From: Cyanobacteria bacterium P01_D01_bin.156
GTDB lineage: Bacteria; Cyanobacteriota; Cyanobacteriia; Phormidesmidales; Phormidesmidaceae
Assembly (NCBI GenBank): GCA_039024555.1
Contig: JBCCQQ010000045.1
Span: 1-54,659, forward strand
DNA: 54,659 nt
Direction of reading: 5' to 3'
This document shows positions 40,376 through 49,020 of this stretch, in pieces (positions within the stretch are counted from its first letter, which is position 1; each line of letters begins with the position of its first letter). Under the pieces are notes generated by a model that had not been told where the DNA came from, ran no database searches, and saw nothing but the letters and a program-made list of their open reading frames with translations. The position numbers and the translations under genes were made by a program.

Positions 40376-41956
40376 CTATCCCACAAGCTCAGGGGTTTTG
40401 GATTTTTCCACAGGTTTGACAGGGGCAGTAAGAGCCTCCTCCAAGGGAGCTACACCCAGGCGTGCCTCCAAAATATCCATCACTTCCCGTCCGAAGTCAT
40501 TGGGATTTTTGCGAAATGCCTGTAGACACACATCACCAAAGAAAGAACCTAGCGGTTCTGGATTCCATAGCAACTTATTCGCCACCCAGGGTAAATGGAT
40601 AGCTAAGGGGTTGTAATCCTCTTTGAGAATGTTGTTTTCAATGGCGTAGGTTTCCAAATGGGTGTGGGGCTGCAAGCCAATAAAGAAAATTGCAGGCTCT
40701 ACTTTATCTCGACCAAAGATGCTTTCTAGAGCTCGATGATAGGCAATGGTTTGACGAATGGTCTCAGGCCGTTCATCAATGACGTTAAAGGAGTAGTTGA
40801 CTGACACTAAATCATTGAAGCCTGCAGCTTTGAGGTCACGGCAGTTTTGTAAAACCGTGCGCAGGTTGTAGCCCATGCGCATTTTACGAACTAATTCCTG
40901 AGAGCCACTGGTAATACCAATTTCAAAGTAATTCATACCAGTTTTGACCATCAGGTCACATAGTTCTGGATCTAAGTTGTCAGCACGGATGTAGGCAGCC
41001 CAGTGAATATCTTCCATGCCCGAATCCAGGATCTTTTGCAATAGCTCTGCCGCATCATCCATAAACCGACGTGCCGGAATAAATTGAGCATCCGTAAACC
41101 AAAAATTACGAATCCCTCGATCGTAGAGTTGCCGCATTTCTTTAACGACTTCATCGGCGGGGTTAATGCGTACTTGCTTGCCTTCTACAACGGTGTAGAT
41201 ACAGTAGCAACAGTTGTGGGGGCACCCCCGCTTTGTTTGCACCCCAATGTAGAAGTCGCTTTCCTGGAGGTAATAGTTGAAATCAGGCCAAATCTTCTCA
41301 ATGTAGTCGTAGTTGCAGGCACTCTTTTCAACGGGGTTGGGCCACTCATGAATCAGACGCTCACGGGGCTCGGTTTCACCCACTGTGTAGCAGCGTTCCT
41401 GGCTAATGGATTCTTTGCGAACCAGCTTTTCCAGTAGCAATTCCCCTTCACCTACGGACACAATAGTGCCTTTGGGCAGCATGGTTGCTACTTGTTCATA
41501 GAAAACACTCACTGCACCGCCACCCACTACAAGCTTCATATCGGGGTTATGGCGTTTGGCCCGTTTGAACCCTCGCTTAATAAGTCCAGTATTTTGCCAA
41601 AGCTCATTTAGATATGTGCTCACCATGCGTAATCCGCCCATGGCACCACGCAATTTAACTAGGGGGTTGCGGGCATAATTGAACTCAAAAGCATTCTGTA
41701 AAGGGTTGCCGCCTCGTCCCCCAACGGGGGCATAAATCTGGATATCACGCCACGAAAAAACCAATAAATTCGGTTGGAAATCATCAATGCAGCGATCTAA
41801 AGCAGCACCAAAATCTAGGGGAGGAATCGTTCCCAAGTCAAAAATTTTCTGCTCTATGTTAGGAAAAACCTTGTGGAGATGATCCGCTAAGTAAACAACC
41901 CCAATCGGAAAAATGGGGTTACAGGGAAGCCGGACATAGAGGACACGATTAGCCAT
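40376..41956 (-). CDS. Radical SAM protein (PSII high-light acclimation type, Slr0320-like)
   Basis: CxxxCxxC in RGCPHNCCYC; N-terminus LYVRLPCNPIFPIGVVYLAD recalled for this family. Confidence 0.88.
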   Translation of the reverse strand: MANRVLYVRLPCNPIFPIGVVYLADHLHKVFPNIEQKIFDLGTIPPLDFGAALDRCIDDFQPNLLVFSWRDIQIYAPVGGRGGNPLQNAFEFNYARNPLVKLRGAMGGLRMVSTYLNELWQNTGLIKRGFKRAKRHNPDMKLVVGGGAVSVFYEQVATMLPKGTIVSVGEGELLLEKLVRKESISQERCYTVGETEPRERLIHEWPNPVEKSACNYDYIEKIWPDFNYYLQESDFYIGVQTKRGCPHNCCYCIYTVVEGKQVRINPADEVVKEMRQLYDRGIRNFWFTDAQFIPARRFMDDAAELLQKILDSGMEDIHWAAYIRADNLDPELCDLMVKTGMNYFEIGITSGSQELVRKMRMGYNLRTVLQNCRDLKAAGFNDLVSVNYSFNVIDERPETIRQTIAYHRALESIFGRDKVEPAIFFIGLQPHTHLETYAIENNILKEDYNPLAIHLPWVANKLLWNPEPLGSFFGDVCLQAFRKNPNDFGREVMDILEARLGVAPLEEALTAPVKPVEKSKTPELVG

Positions 41957-42561
41957 TGCTACGCTGATTACTTAAACTCTAACTACCGTCAAGACTATGA
42001 AATAAATTTTTAGTTTTTTCATATATCTTTACGATAGCATTGCTGATTTGGGATTTCATGGTTCCTCAAAACAAATCACGCTCAGTTACTCCGCTCAACG
42101 CTGTCTCGAAGGTTATCGGTCAGCGGCTTAGGGGCGAACTATGTGAACTCTAAGCCAAAGAAAATATGGATGAAAAAGTAATGTTTAACTATCAATTTCA
42201 TTACTTTGACTATCAACTCATCTGAATATCTAGAACACTTCTTAAACGTGAAAAAGCATTAAATAAAACCTTTTATCAGTATCAATAAAAGATTATCTCT
42301 TGAGATAGAAAGTATCCGTTAATACACTTAAAAAAATATTTAAAGGTTGGGTTTTTTATCGAAAATCAAGAAGATTTATTCATTATTCTCCCATGGCAGC
42401 AATAGATATGATATGCCTTTAAACCTTCCTAGGCGATTATCTTTTTCGCGAGTTTGAATTTTCTGAAAGCCTCATTAGTAGCAGCTTTTACAGTTGCTGG
42501 GGATCGGTGAGTGTTAGTATGATATGTACTCTCATCCTCCTCATGCACACCCTTTTTTCTC

Positions 42562-42909
42562 ATGACACAGATTCTTGATCCCCTTCCATCGGACTCGTCT
42601 GGTTCGATCTTATGTTGCTACACAAATAGCACCAGTAAAATTCAAGTAGTTAGAATTACAAATATCGCCAATTGGTATTTTGAACGCGTTGTTTTTCCAG
42701 GACAACGTTTGATGTTTGAAACTGCAGTTGAAGGTCAGTTAGAAGTTCACTCTGGGTCCATGGCGAGCTCAATTCTGGAGGATACAATTCCGTGTATTCA
42801 GCTAGAAATTAGTCAGCCTGAGCCCTCTGATGCTGCTGTTGGTGCATCTGAGGAAAGAGTTGCGGAAGCGGCTTCTCCGTTCATGCAGCCCATGCATGCA
42901 AATCGATAG
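42562..42909 (+). CDS. DUF1830 family protein
   Basis: QILDPLP...CCY.N...RITNIANWYFERVVFPGQRL.FE. Confidence 0.88.
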   Translation: MTQILDPLPSDSSGSILCCYTNSTSKIQVVRITNIANWYFERVVFPGQRLMFETAVEGQLEVHSGSMASSILEDTIPCIQLEISQPEPSDAAVGASEERVAEAASPFMQPMHANR

Positions 42910-43091
42910 TCTTTGTAGCTCAAGACAAAATCTATCTGCTGTGGGGAGTGGCCGTTGAACAAATAACTCTGTGACCTAGCCAATATCTGAAAGTCAACGT
43001 TCTTAACTTAGAATTTGAAGGCTGACGGGCCTAGGTGCATTTTGGTTCGGTCGAGAATAAACCCTATTTGGGGCGGCTTTAGAGTGTGGGC

Positions 43092-43155
43092 AGAGTCATG
43101 CGTCTCTACATGTCTCTCATTAGGTGGTGGCTATTTCTTCAGTCACCACTTTTTA
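43092..43155 (+). ncRNA. Candidate small RNA
   Basis: TAGAGT -10-like hexamer at 43080-43085, 5' hairpin AGAGtCATG/CATGtCTCT, then a 10-bp terminator stem and T run. Confidence 0.4.
43123..43155 (+). terminator. Rho-independent terminator
   Basis: GGTGGTGGCT-ATTTCTTC-AGTCACCACT followed by TTTT. Confidence 0.75.
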
Positions 43156-43267
43156 ATTTTATAAATTGTCTTTTAGCCCGACTCATTTTGTCTTAGGGTG
43201 ATGGGGCTTGCATGGCTCTTCCAAAGCTCCCTTTGCAAGTAGTTTTAAAGGTCGGGCTAAAAGTTTT

Positions 43268-43702
43268 ATGGATTTGCCCTCATTTATCTGGTTATGGCGT
43301 ATTGCAGCGTGGTCCATGGGGCTATCTCTAACGCTGTATCTTGCACTGCTAATCACTGGGGGGCGTGTTTGGTACATGCGTTCCCACCAGCAAGATCTAC
43401 CAGGGTGGCTCCGACTTATCCATCTAATCCTGGGTGGACTCTTGGTTAGCTTGGTGCTGCTGCTTTTGGGTATCGGCGTTGTCGGCACCTTGGGAGAGCA
43501 CGGTAGCCTGGGGCATTCCTGGCATTTAGGGGCTGGTTTACTGGTAGTGAGCTTAGTTGTAGCTTCGGCTATAGCGGCTTCTCAAATTTCCCGTTACTCC
43601 TCAGCTAGGCGTCTCCATATCACCCTAAATGGGGTGCTTTTAATTGCATTTTTGATGGTTACCTACAGTGGATGGACTGTGGTGCAGCAGTACCTTCCCT
43701 GA
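43268..43702 (+). CDS. DUF4079 membrane protein
   Basis: MDLPSFIWLWRIAAWSMG, HGSLGHS.H, H..LN; ATG at 43268. Confidence 0.82.
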   Translation: MDLPSFIWLWRIAAWSMGLSLTLYLALLITGGRVWYMRSHQQDLPGWLRLIHLILGGLLVSLVLLLLGIGVVGTLGEHGSLGHSWHLGAGLLVVSLVVASAIAASQISRYSSARRLHITLNGVLLIAFLMVTYSGWTVVQQYLP

Positions 43703-43782
43703 CGGAGCAGGTAGAACATGTCGCGCAGGTTTTGTAAACTAATGTTACGTATAACGCTGCGGCTACCTGCCATCTCTCATCT

Positions 43783-44328
43783 ATGACCTCTGCTGATTCT
43801 GTTTCGTCCTTAGATCATTTTCGTATTTCGCCTTTGATTAAGGTGACGCTGCTCAGTTTTTATGGTGTTCTTCTAGCGCCACTGCCGTTTTTGGCTCAGG
43901 CTACTGCTGCGCCCGTATCACCGGTTGTATTGGTAATCCTGGCAATTTTAGGCGCGCTCTTGTTGGGGGCTGGTTTGAGTGAGCAAGTGCACACAACAGA
44001 TGAATATATTGCGATGGTCTCGCCCTTGCCATGGCGAGGCTGGTCTTTGGAATGGTCGGATATTAAGGCATTAAAGCCCCGATCTACCGGACAAAATGGA
44101 ACCGTTTATTACTTTATTACGGAGGCTGCCGATCGCGCCTATTTGTTACCTATGCGAGTCGTGGGCTTCGCTCGGCTGGTACGTACTGTGGAAGCTAACA
44201 CGGGTATCGACACTCAGGATGTTAAGCCTTTAGCGCAACCCTGGATGTATTTGTTCTTGCTGGTGATGACATTCTTTTTATTGTTAATGGATGTTTGGAC
44301 TATTTGGACAGCAACCCATCTAGCATAA
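43783..44328 (+). CDS. Conserved hypothetical membrane protein
   Basis: FRISPLI, LKPRSTGQ.G.VYYF, LLPMRV.GF, PLAQPWMY; three TM segments. Confidence 0.8.
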   Translation: MTSADSVSSLDHFRISPLIKVTLLSFYGVLLAPLPFLAQATAAPVSPVVLVILAILGALLLGAGLSEQVHTTDEYIAMVSPLPWRGWSLEWSDIKALKPRSTGQNGTVYYFITEAADRAYLLPMRVVGFARLVRTVEANTGIDTQDVKPLAQPWMYLFLLVMTFFLLLMDVWTIWTATHLA

Positions 44329-44360
44329 GGTGGTACATGTTCCTGATGGGATAACTCCGG

Positions 44361-45107
44361 ATGATAGATGACAACATTCTTGAATTTGTGGATGTATCCC
44401 TACGGGCCAATGTGGGAATTGGTCTTCTGTTAGACAATATTTCGTTTGCGATCGCACCCAAAAGCCGTGTTGCCGTTATTGGACCCTCAGGTGCCGGTAA
44501 AACCTCATTGTTGCGCCTGATGAATCGCCTGAGTGATCCTACGAGCGGTGTCATTCACTATCGTCAGCAGCCCTTATCAAGCTATCCAGTGGTGGAACTT
44601 CGACGTCGAATCGGATTAGTTCTGCAAGAACCACGACTGCTGGGTCAATCGGTAAAATCAGCGTTGTGCTATCCAGCCCAACTGCAGGGCATTGATGAAG
44701 ATGCTGCATACAAAAAAATACAGCCCTGGCTAGAGCCGTTAAAAATTCCCCAGGATTGGCTGTTACGGCAGTCCGTTGATCTATCTGTAGGTCAGCGTCA
44801 GCGAGTTGCGATCGCACGAACCCTAGCTACCCAGCCTGATATCCTGCTACTGGATGAACCTACGGCGGCTCAGGATATAGGCTATGCCCAATATCTATTG
44901 ACCTACTTAGGCAATCCAGAATTTTCTAGCACCGTCATCATGGTTAATCACCAGCTAGACCTAATGGAAAGCTGGGCGACCCATATGATTTACTTACATC
45001 AAGGTCAGTTGGTTAGCTATCAGCCAGTAACCCAAGTCGACTGGCATGAGCTCAGACAGCGGATCGTCGCAGCTCAAAAAGATGAAAGCTGGCATGATGA
45101 CTTGTAG
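44361..45107 (+). CDS. ABC transporter ATP-binding protein
   Basis: GPSGAGKT, LSVGQRQR, LLLDEPT. Confidence 0.92.
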   Translation: MIDDNILEFVDVSLRANVGIGLLLDNISFAIAPKSRVAVIGPSGAGKTSLLRLMNRLSDPTSGVIHYRQQPLSSYPVVELRRRIGLVLQEPRLLGQSVKSALCYPAQLQGIDEDAAYKKIQPWLEPLKIPQDWLLRQSVDLSVGQRQRVAIARTLATQPDILLLDEPTAAQDIGYAQYLLTYLGNPEFSSTVIMVNHQLDLMESWATHMIYLHQGQLVSYQPVTQVDWHELRQRIVAAQKDESWHDDL

Positions 45108-45111
45108 GGAA

Positions 45112-45843
45112 CTACCCCACAGCCTTAATAACCCCCATCCCCACCGGACGTGGCTGATGTAGACGCTCAATATTTAACCGATAGCCCACATTGCGCACGG
45201 TCTGAATAACGCTCGGCTGACGAGGATCAACTTCAATTTTTTTACGAAGTGACAAGACGTGGGTATCTACCGTACGGGGATTATCAATTGCATCGGGCCA
45301 GGCTCGGCGTAACAAATCAGCTCTACTTAGTGGAGAACCTTCCGCCTGGGTCAAGACATACAAAAGACTAAATTCTTGGGGAGTTAAATCAATAAACTGC
45401 TCTTTAAAGCGCACTCGCCGTTGGACTAAATCGATGTTGAGATCCCCATAGCTCAACGATGCAGGAGCTGTAATCTTACGGTTACGTCGGGTAAGCGCCT
45501 CCACTCGTGCTAAAAACTCCTGCATGCCGAAAGGCTTTTTCAAATAGTCATCTGCTCCAGCCTGTAGGCCGGCAACCACATCTGGTTCGCCCGACTTAGC
45601 CGATAAAATCATCACCAATGGTCTCCCCCGCTGTTGCAGCCACTGACACAACTCCAAACCATTGCCATCAGCTAGATCTGTTTCCATAATGACCAAGCCA
45701 GGTTGAGCCGTTTGAAATGTTTCCTTTGCCCGCGTAACGTCAGCAGACTGGTTAACCCGATAGCCTGCCTGCTGGAGATGCCAACTCAGTAGCGATCTCA
45801 AGTGGGGATTCCCATCAATGATCTGAACACATGTAGAGGCCAC
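45112..45843 (-). CDS. nrrA: OmpR-family nitrogen-regulated response regulator (NrrA/Rre37 orthologue)
   Basis: GNPHLRSLL.WHLQQ, DLTPQEFSLLYVL, RRAWPDAIDNPRT match recalled NrrA; NtcA promoter upstream. Confidence 0.88.
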   Translation of the reverse strand: MASTCVQIIDGNPHLRSLLSWHLQQAGYRVNQSADVTRAKETFQTAQPGLVIMETDLADGNGLELCQWLQQRGRPLVMILSAKSGEPDVVAGLQAGADDYLKKPFGMQEFLARVEALTRRNRKITAPASLSYGDLNIDLVQRRVRFKEQFIDLTPQEFSLLYVLTQAEGSPLSRADLLRRAWPDAIDNPRTVDTHVLSLRKKIEVDPRQPSVIQTVRNVGYRLNIERLHQPRPVGMGVIKAVG

Positions 45844-45884
45844 AGCAAACTATCGAAGTACAGGCTTCATAACACTCTCGTAGA

Positions 45885-45926
45885 AGAGTATCAAAGACCT
45901 CCTGAATATTTTGTAGTTGCGGCTAC
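45885..45926 (-). promoter_or_regulatory. NtcA-activated promoter of nrrA
   Basis: Minus strand GTAGCCGCAACTAC (45926-45913), 22-nt spacer, TACTCT (45890-45885): GTA-N8-TAC-N22-TAN3T. Confidence 0.85.
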
Positions 45927-46374
45927 GGGGTGAATGGACATCCGTGATTCTGTCCACAGGGAATGTAGATATCGCAGTCCAAGAATCTAAATTGACTGGA
46001 GTAGGTCTACGAACGTAAATACACGGACTAAACCCTAATATTTGCAAAAGAAAGCACAATCCTCCTCAGTGAAACTGATAAAATCTTAGAGAGAATACTG
46101 GAAAAACAAAGAAAATTAATATATTTTCTCATTCTTTGTTCAGAAAGCGCTTGTTCCACTTATTCAGTAGGGTCAAATCTGTATCTACCCCTTCACCGCT
46201 TACTTATCTCCCATTCGTCACAGCGGCTTAATCCTTCGTCACTCACGAGTTCTGCCCTCCTCAAATGATGTTGGTTATTTTGCAGAAATTTATCGACGTC
46301 AAACCCCCATCGTTAGCTGTCTAGCCCCGGAACAGTAAGTCATCCATCAGTGGTTTAGAAGAGGCCAAAAAACT

Positions 46375-46617
46375 ATGCTTCAAGACACAAAAACAATTCG
46401 CTTCTACCAAAGAATTACAGACGCTCTCGTAGATCAGTGGAATCGTGGATATCGTTCTGATGATTTACAGCGCTATGTGGCAGGATATTTGGCCGCTCTG
46501 CGCCATGCTAATGCCTTGGAGCCCTACTTAATCCATCGATTAGAAGACGAAGTTAGCCGGTTCTTGTTTGATTCATCAAACTTTGCAGTGGCTCAACCTG
46601 AACCCGATTATCGATAA
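46375..46617 (+). CDS. Conserved cyanobacterial hypothetical protein (DUF6761-like)
   Basis: MLQD..TIRFYQRITDA...GYLAALR...IHRLE; divergent from nrrA. Confidence 0.78.
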   Translation: MLQDTKTIRFYQRITDALVDQWNRGYRSDDLQRYVAGYLAALRHANALEPYLIHRLEDEVSRFLFDSSNFAVAQPEPDYR

Positions 46618-46891
46618 GCTTGGGAAAGCTTAGCAAGCTCTCCCTGCTTAAATGGCTCAACTGTTTTTCCTATCAGCATCAATTATTTTCTAGGTAGTAG
46701 CTCTTCTGAGGCTCAGTCTTAACTAGACCGCTGATACTGTCAATCTGAAAACCCTGAGACCTTTGCTCTGTTGAGTCTTAATGGGTTGATTACTGGATAT
46801 CTAGATAGACCTGAGAGTTGATGGTTCACCAATGGATGCTTCAAGCGCTAAAGCCCAGCTTGAATTGGTACTGGCATATTAATTAAAGCCA

Positions 46892-46938
46892 TCGAAAAAA
46901 AGCAGAGGCAAACAATGATGCGCCTCTGCTTTTTTCGA
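46892..46938. terminator. Bidirectional Rho-independent terminator
   Basis: A7-GCAGAGGC ... GCCTCTGC-T6 between convergent genes. Confidence 0.85.
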
Positions 46939-46959
46939 ATACTATGGCCAAATGTTTTT

Positions 46960-47283
46960 CTAGGAAGCTAGCGCCACTTCCACCATTTCTTGCAGTTTCC
47001 CATTCTGATAAAGCTCAATCATGATGTCCGAGCCACCAATGAACTCACCATCGATATACACCTGAGGAATGGTTGGCCAGTTGGAATACTCCTTGATCCC
47101 TTGGCGGATGTCATAGTCTGCCAACACATCAATTGCTTCGTAGGGAGCCCCTAGGGAATTAAGGATTTGAGCCACGTTATTCGAAAAACCGCATTGGGGC
47201 ATCAGTTTTGTGCCCTTCATAAATACGAGAATTTTATTGGAGCTGACTAGGCTTTGAATTTTTTCTTTGACTTCTGGAGACAT
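46960..47283 (-). CDS. grxD: Monothiol glutaredoxin (Grx4 family)
   Basis: FMKG, PQCGFS, WPTIPQ, GGSD. Confidence 0.96.
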   Translation of the reverse strand: MSPEVKEKIQSLVSSNKILVFMKGTKLMPQCGFSNNVAQILNSLGAPYEAIDVLADYDIRQGIKEYSNWPTIPQVYIDGEFIGGSDIMIELYQNGKLQEMVEVALAS

Positions 47284-47494
47284 AATTACACTACTTAATA
47301 ATGGTTATTTGGGCGATGACTAACTCTGGCACATGAGCTAGCGGTTAGATATCGTTGGCGATCTGTGAGTTCCTATGGCTAGAAAACTCCACTACGAGGC
47401 ATGGTGCTGCAGATTGAAACTACATTTCATCAAATCAGCAAAAGCTGCTAGTGCGATTGTAATGTGAACTGCTTGGACTGACTGAGTCACCGCA

Positions 47495-47746
47495 TTAGCT
47501 CTGTTGACTCCACTCGTCAGGTGTAAATGTTTTGAGTGTTAGCGCATGGAGATCCCCAGATGCCATAGCTGCATTAACGCTGCCATAGACTAGCTGATGC
47601 TGCTTAACTAAGTTCAAGCCTTCAAAAGATGTTGACACGATGGTGGCTTGGTAGTGGTCTTGAGTGCCCGTCAAGTCTTGTATAGAGACCTGAGCATCGG
47701 GCAATTTGGCCTTAATCAGTTGCTCAATTTGCTCAGCAGGAATCAT
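47495..47746 (-). CDS. bolA: BolA family protein
   Basis: DH...IVS..FEG...VKQHQLVY...LHAL; start placed at MIPAEQ; adjacent to grxD. Confidence 0.92.
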   Translation of the reverse strand: MIPAEQIEQLIKAKLPDAQVSIQDLTGTQDHYQATIVSTSFEGLNLVKQHQLVYGSVNAAMASGDLHALTLKTFTPDEWSQQS

Positions 47747-47818
47747 AGAAAATAAAGGGTAAGAGAATTTATGATCGTAGCGTGGATAGCTGCCGTTGCT
47801 CAAAATTCAATTGCCACA

Positions 47819-48847
47819 TTACTGTTCAACAGAGTTGGCAGTTTCTTCGTTAACCACAAAGGGCTGGGCTACAAACCCAATTTCAAGGAGCTGATCGTAG
47901 GCTTGCTTGCCCAACTCTCGGGTGGGATTTTGACTGTTCAGCACTTCTACCAGTAGGGGAATTGCTAAGGATGAACGCTGTTGGGACTGATATGCCCTGG
48001 CTAGGTGCAGAGTAGTTGTATCCCTCAGTTGAGCTGCTTCTAGGGCACTCTGGCGAGCTTCATTACTGATACGCGTATCAATCCCTTTGAATGTATTAAA
48101 CAGGGTCTGATAATAGCCTGAACTCGTATTTAGAACTTCACGAGCCTCCTGAAAGCGTGCTGCAGCCGTCACGTAATCTTCACTAGAGCTGGCGGCATTC
48201 CCTTCTGCAATTAGGATCTCTGCAGCCATAATGCCAATGGGGCTATCGTCTTGGTTTAGCGGGCGAGCCACACCCGCCACAGCGTCACTGGGATCTTCGG
48301 AACCTGTTCGACGATAGGGACGACTTACAAAGCCCAGCTCAAACAGTTGACGATAGGCATCTAAACCTAAATCCCTTGCGGGTCCCTGACTTTGAACAAT
48401 TTCTATCAAGAGCGGCACTGCCAGTGACGCTTGCCCCTGAGCCCGGTAAATCAAAGCCTGACGTAGTGTGGCCCGATCGCGCATTTGAGCCGCATCTCGA
48501 GCACTGGTACGGAGACTGCTGCTAATCTCAGTGTCGATACCTGTGAACGTTGCTCCAATGGTCTGATAGCTGGTGGAAGTCTCGTTGAGCGACTCACGGG
48601 CTGCCTGCAGTTTGCGAACCGCTAACTCGTAATTTTGGTTGTCAATTGCGGCTTCGGCCTCAGCGAGTAAGGCTTCACCAGCGGCGATACCGAGATCAGC
48701 TGTCTTGCTCTGCGCTAACAAAAACTCTGGAGGTATGTGGCCAGACTTTTCGGCAGCAGCACCTGGGGATATCAGCAGAGCTAAACTAGCAGTTGCTCCT
48801 AATAATGAACCTGCACTAGGCTGAACGATGCGCAATAAAGAAACCAT
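47819..48847 (-). CDS. Exported helical (TPR-like) protein with internal domain duplication
   Basis: Signal peptide; two ~127-aa copies each containing F.GID, AAQ.RD, A.PLL.E and AY.QL.E.GFV. Confidence 0.82.
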   Translation of the reverse strand: MVSLLRIVQPSAGSLLGATASLALLISPGAAAEKSGHIPPEFLLAQSKTADLGIAAGEALLAEAEAAIDNQNYELAVRKLQAARESLNETSTSYQTIGATFTGIDTEISSSLRTSARDAAQMRDRATLRQALIYRAQGQASLAVPLLIEIVQSQGPARDLGLDAYRQLFELGFVSRPYRRTGSEDPSDAVAGVARPLNQDDSPIGIMAAEILIAEGNAASSSEDYVTAAARFQEAREVLNTSSGYYQTLFNTFKGIDTRISNEARQSALEAAQLRDTTTLHLARAYQSQQRSSLAIPLLVEVLNSQNPTRELGKQAYDQLLEIGFVAQPFVVNEETANSVEQ

Positions 48848-49020
48848 GGAACCAAGTCTGGATGAGAGGGCGGAATAACAAAGGGTAACAATTTGATCCC
48901 GAGGGGGCGGTTTGTACTAGGACCCTACTATAACGTTACAGAGGCTATCAATATACAAACCCTAGATTTCCAGGCATTGTGCCTATTGTCAAAGTGGATA
49001 GTGTTGATGAAGTGTCTGAA

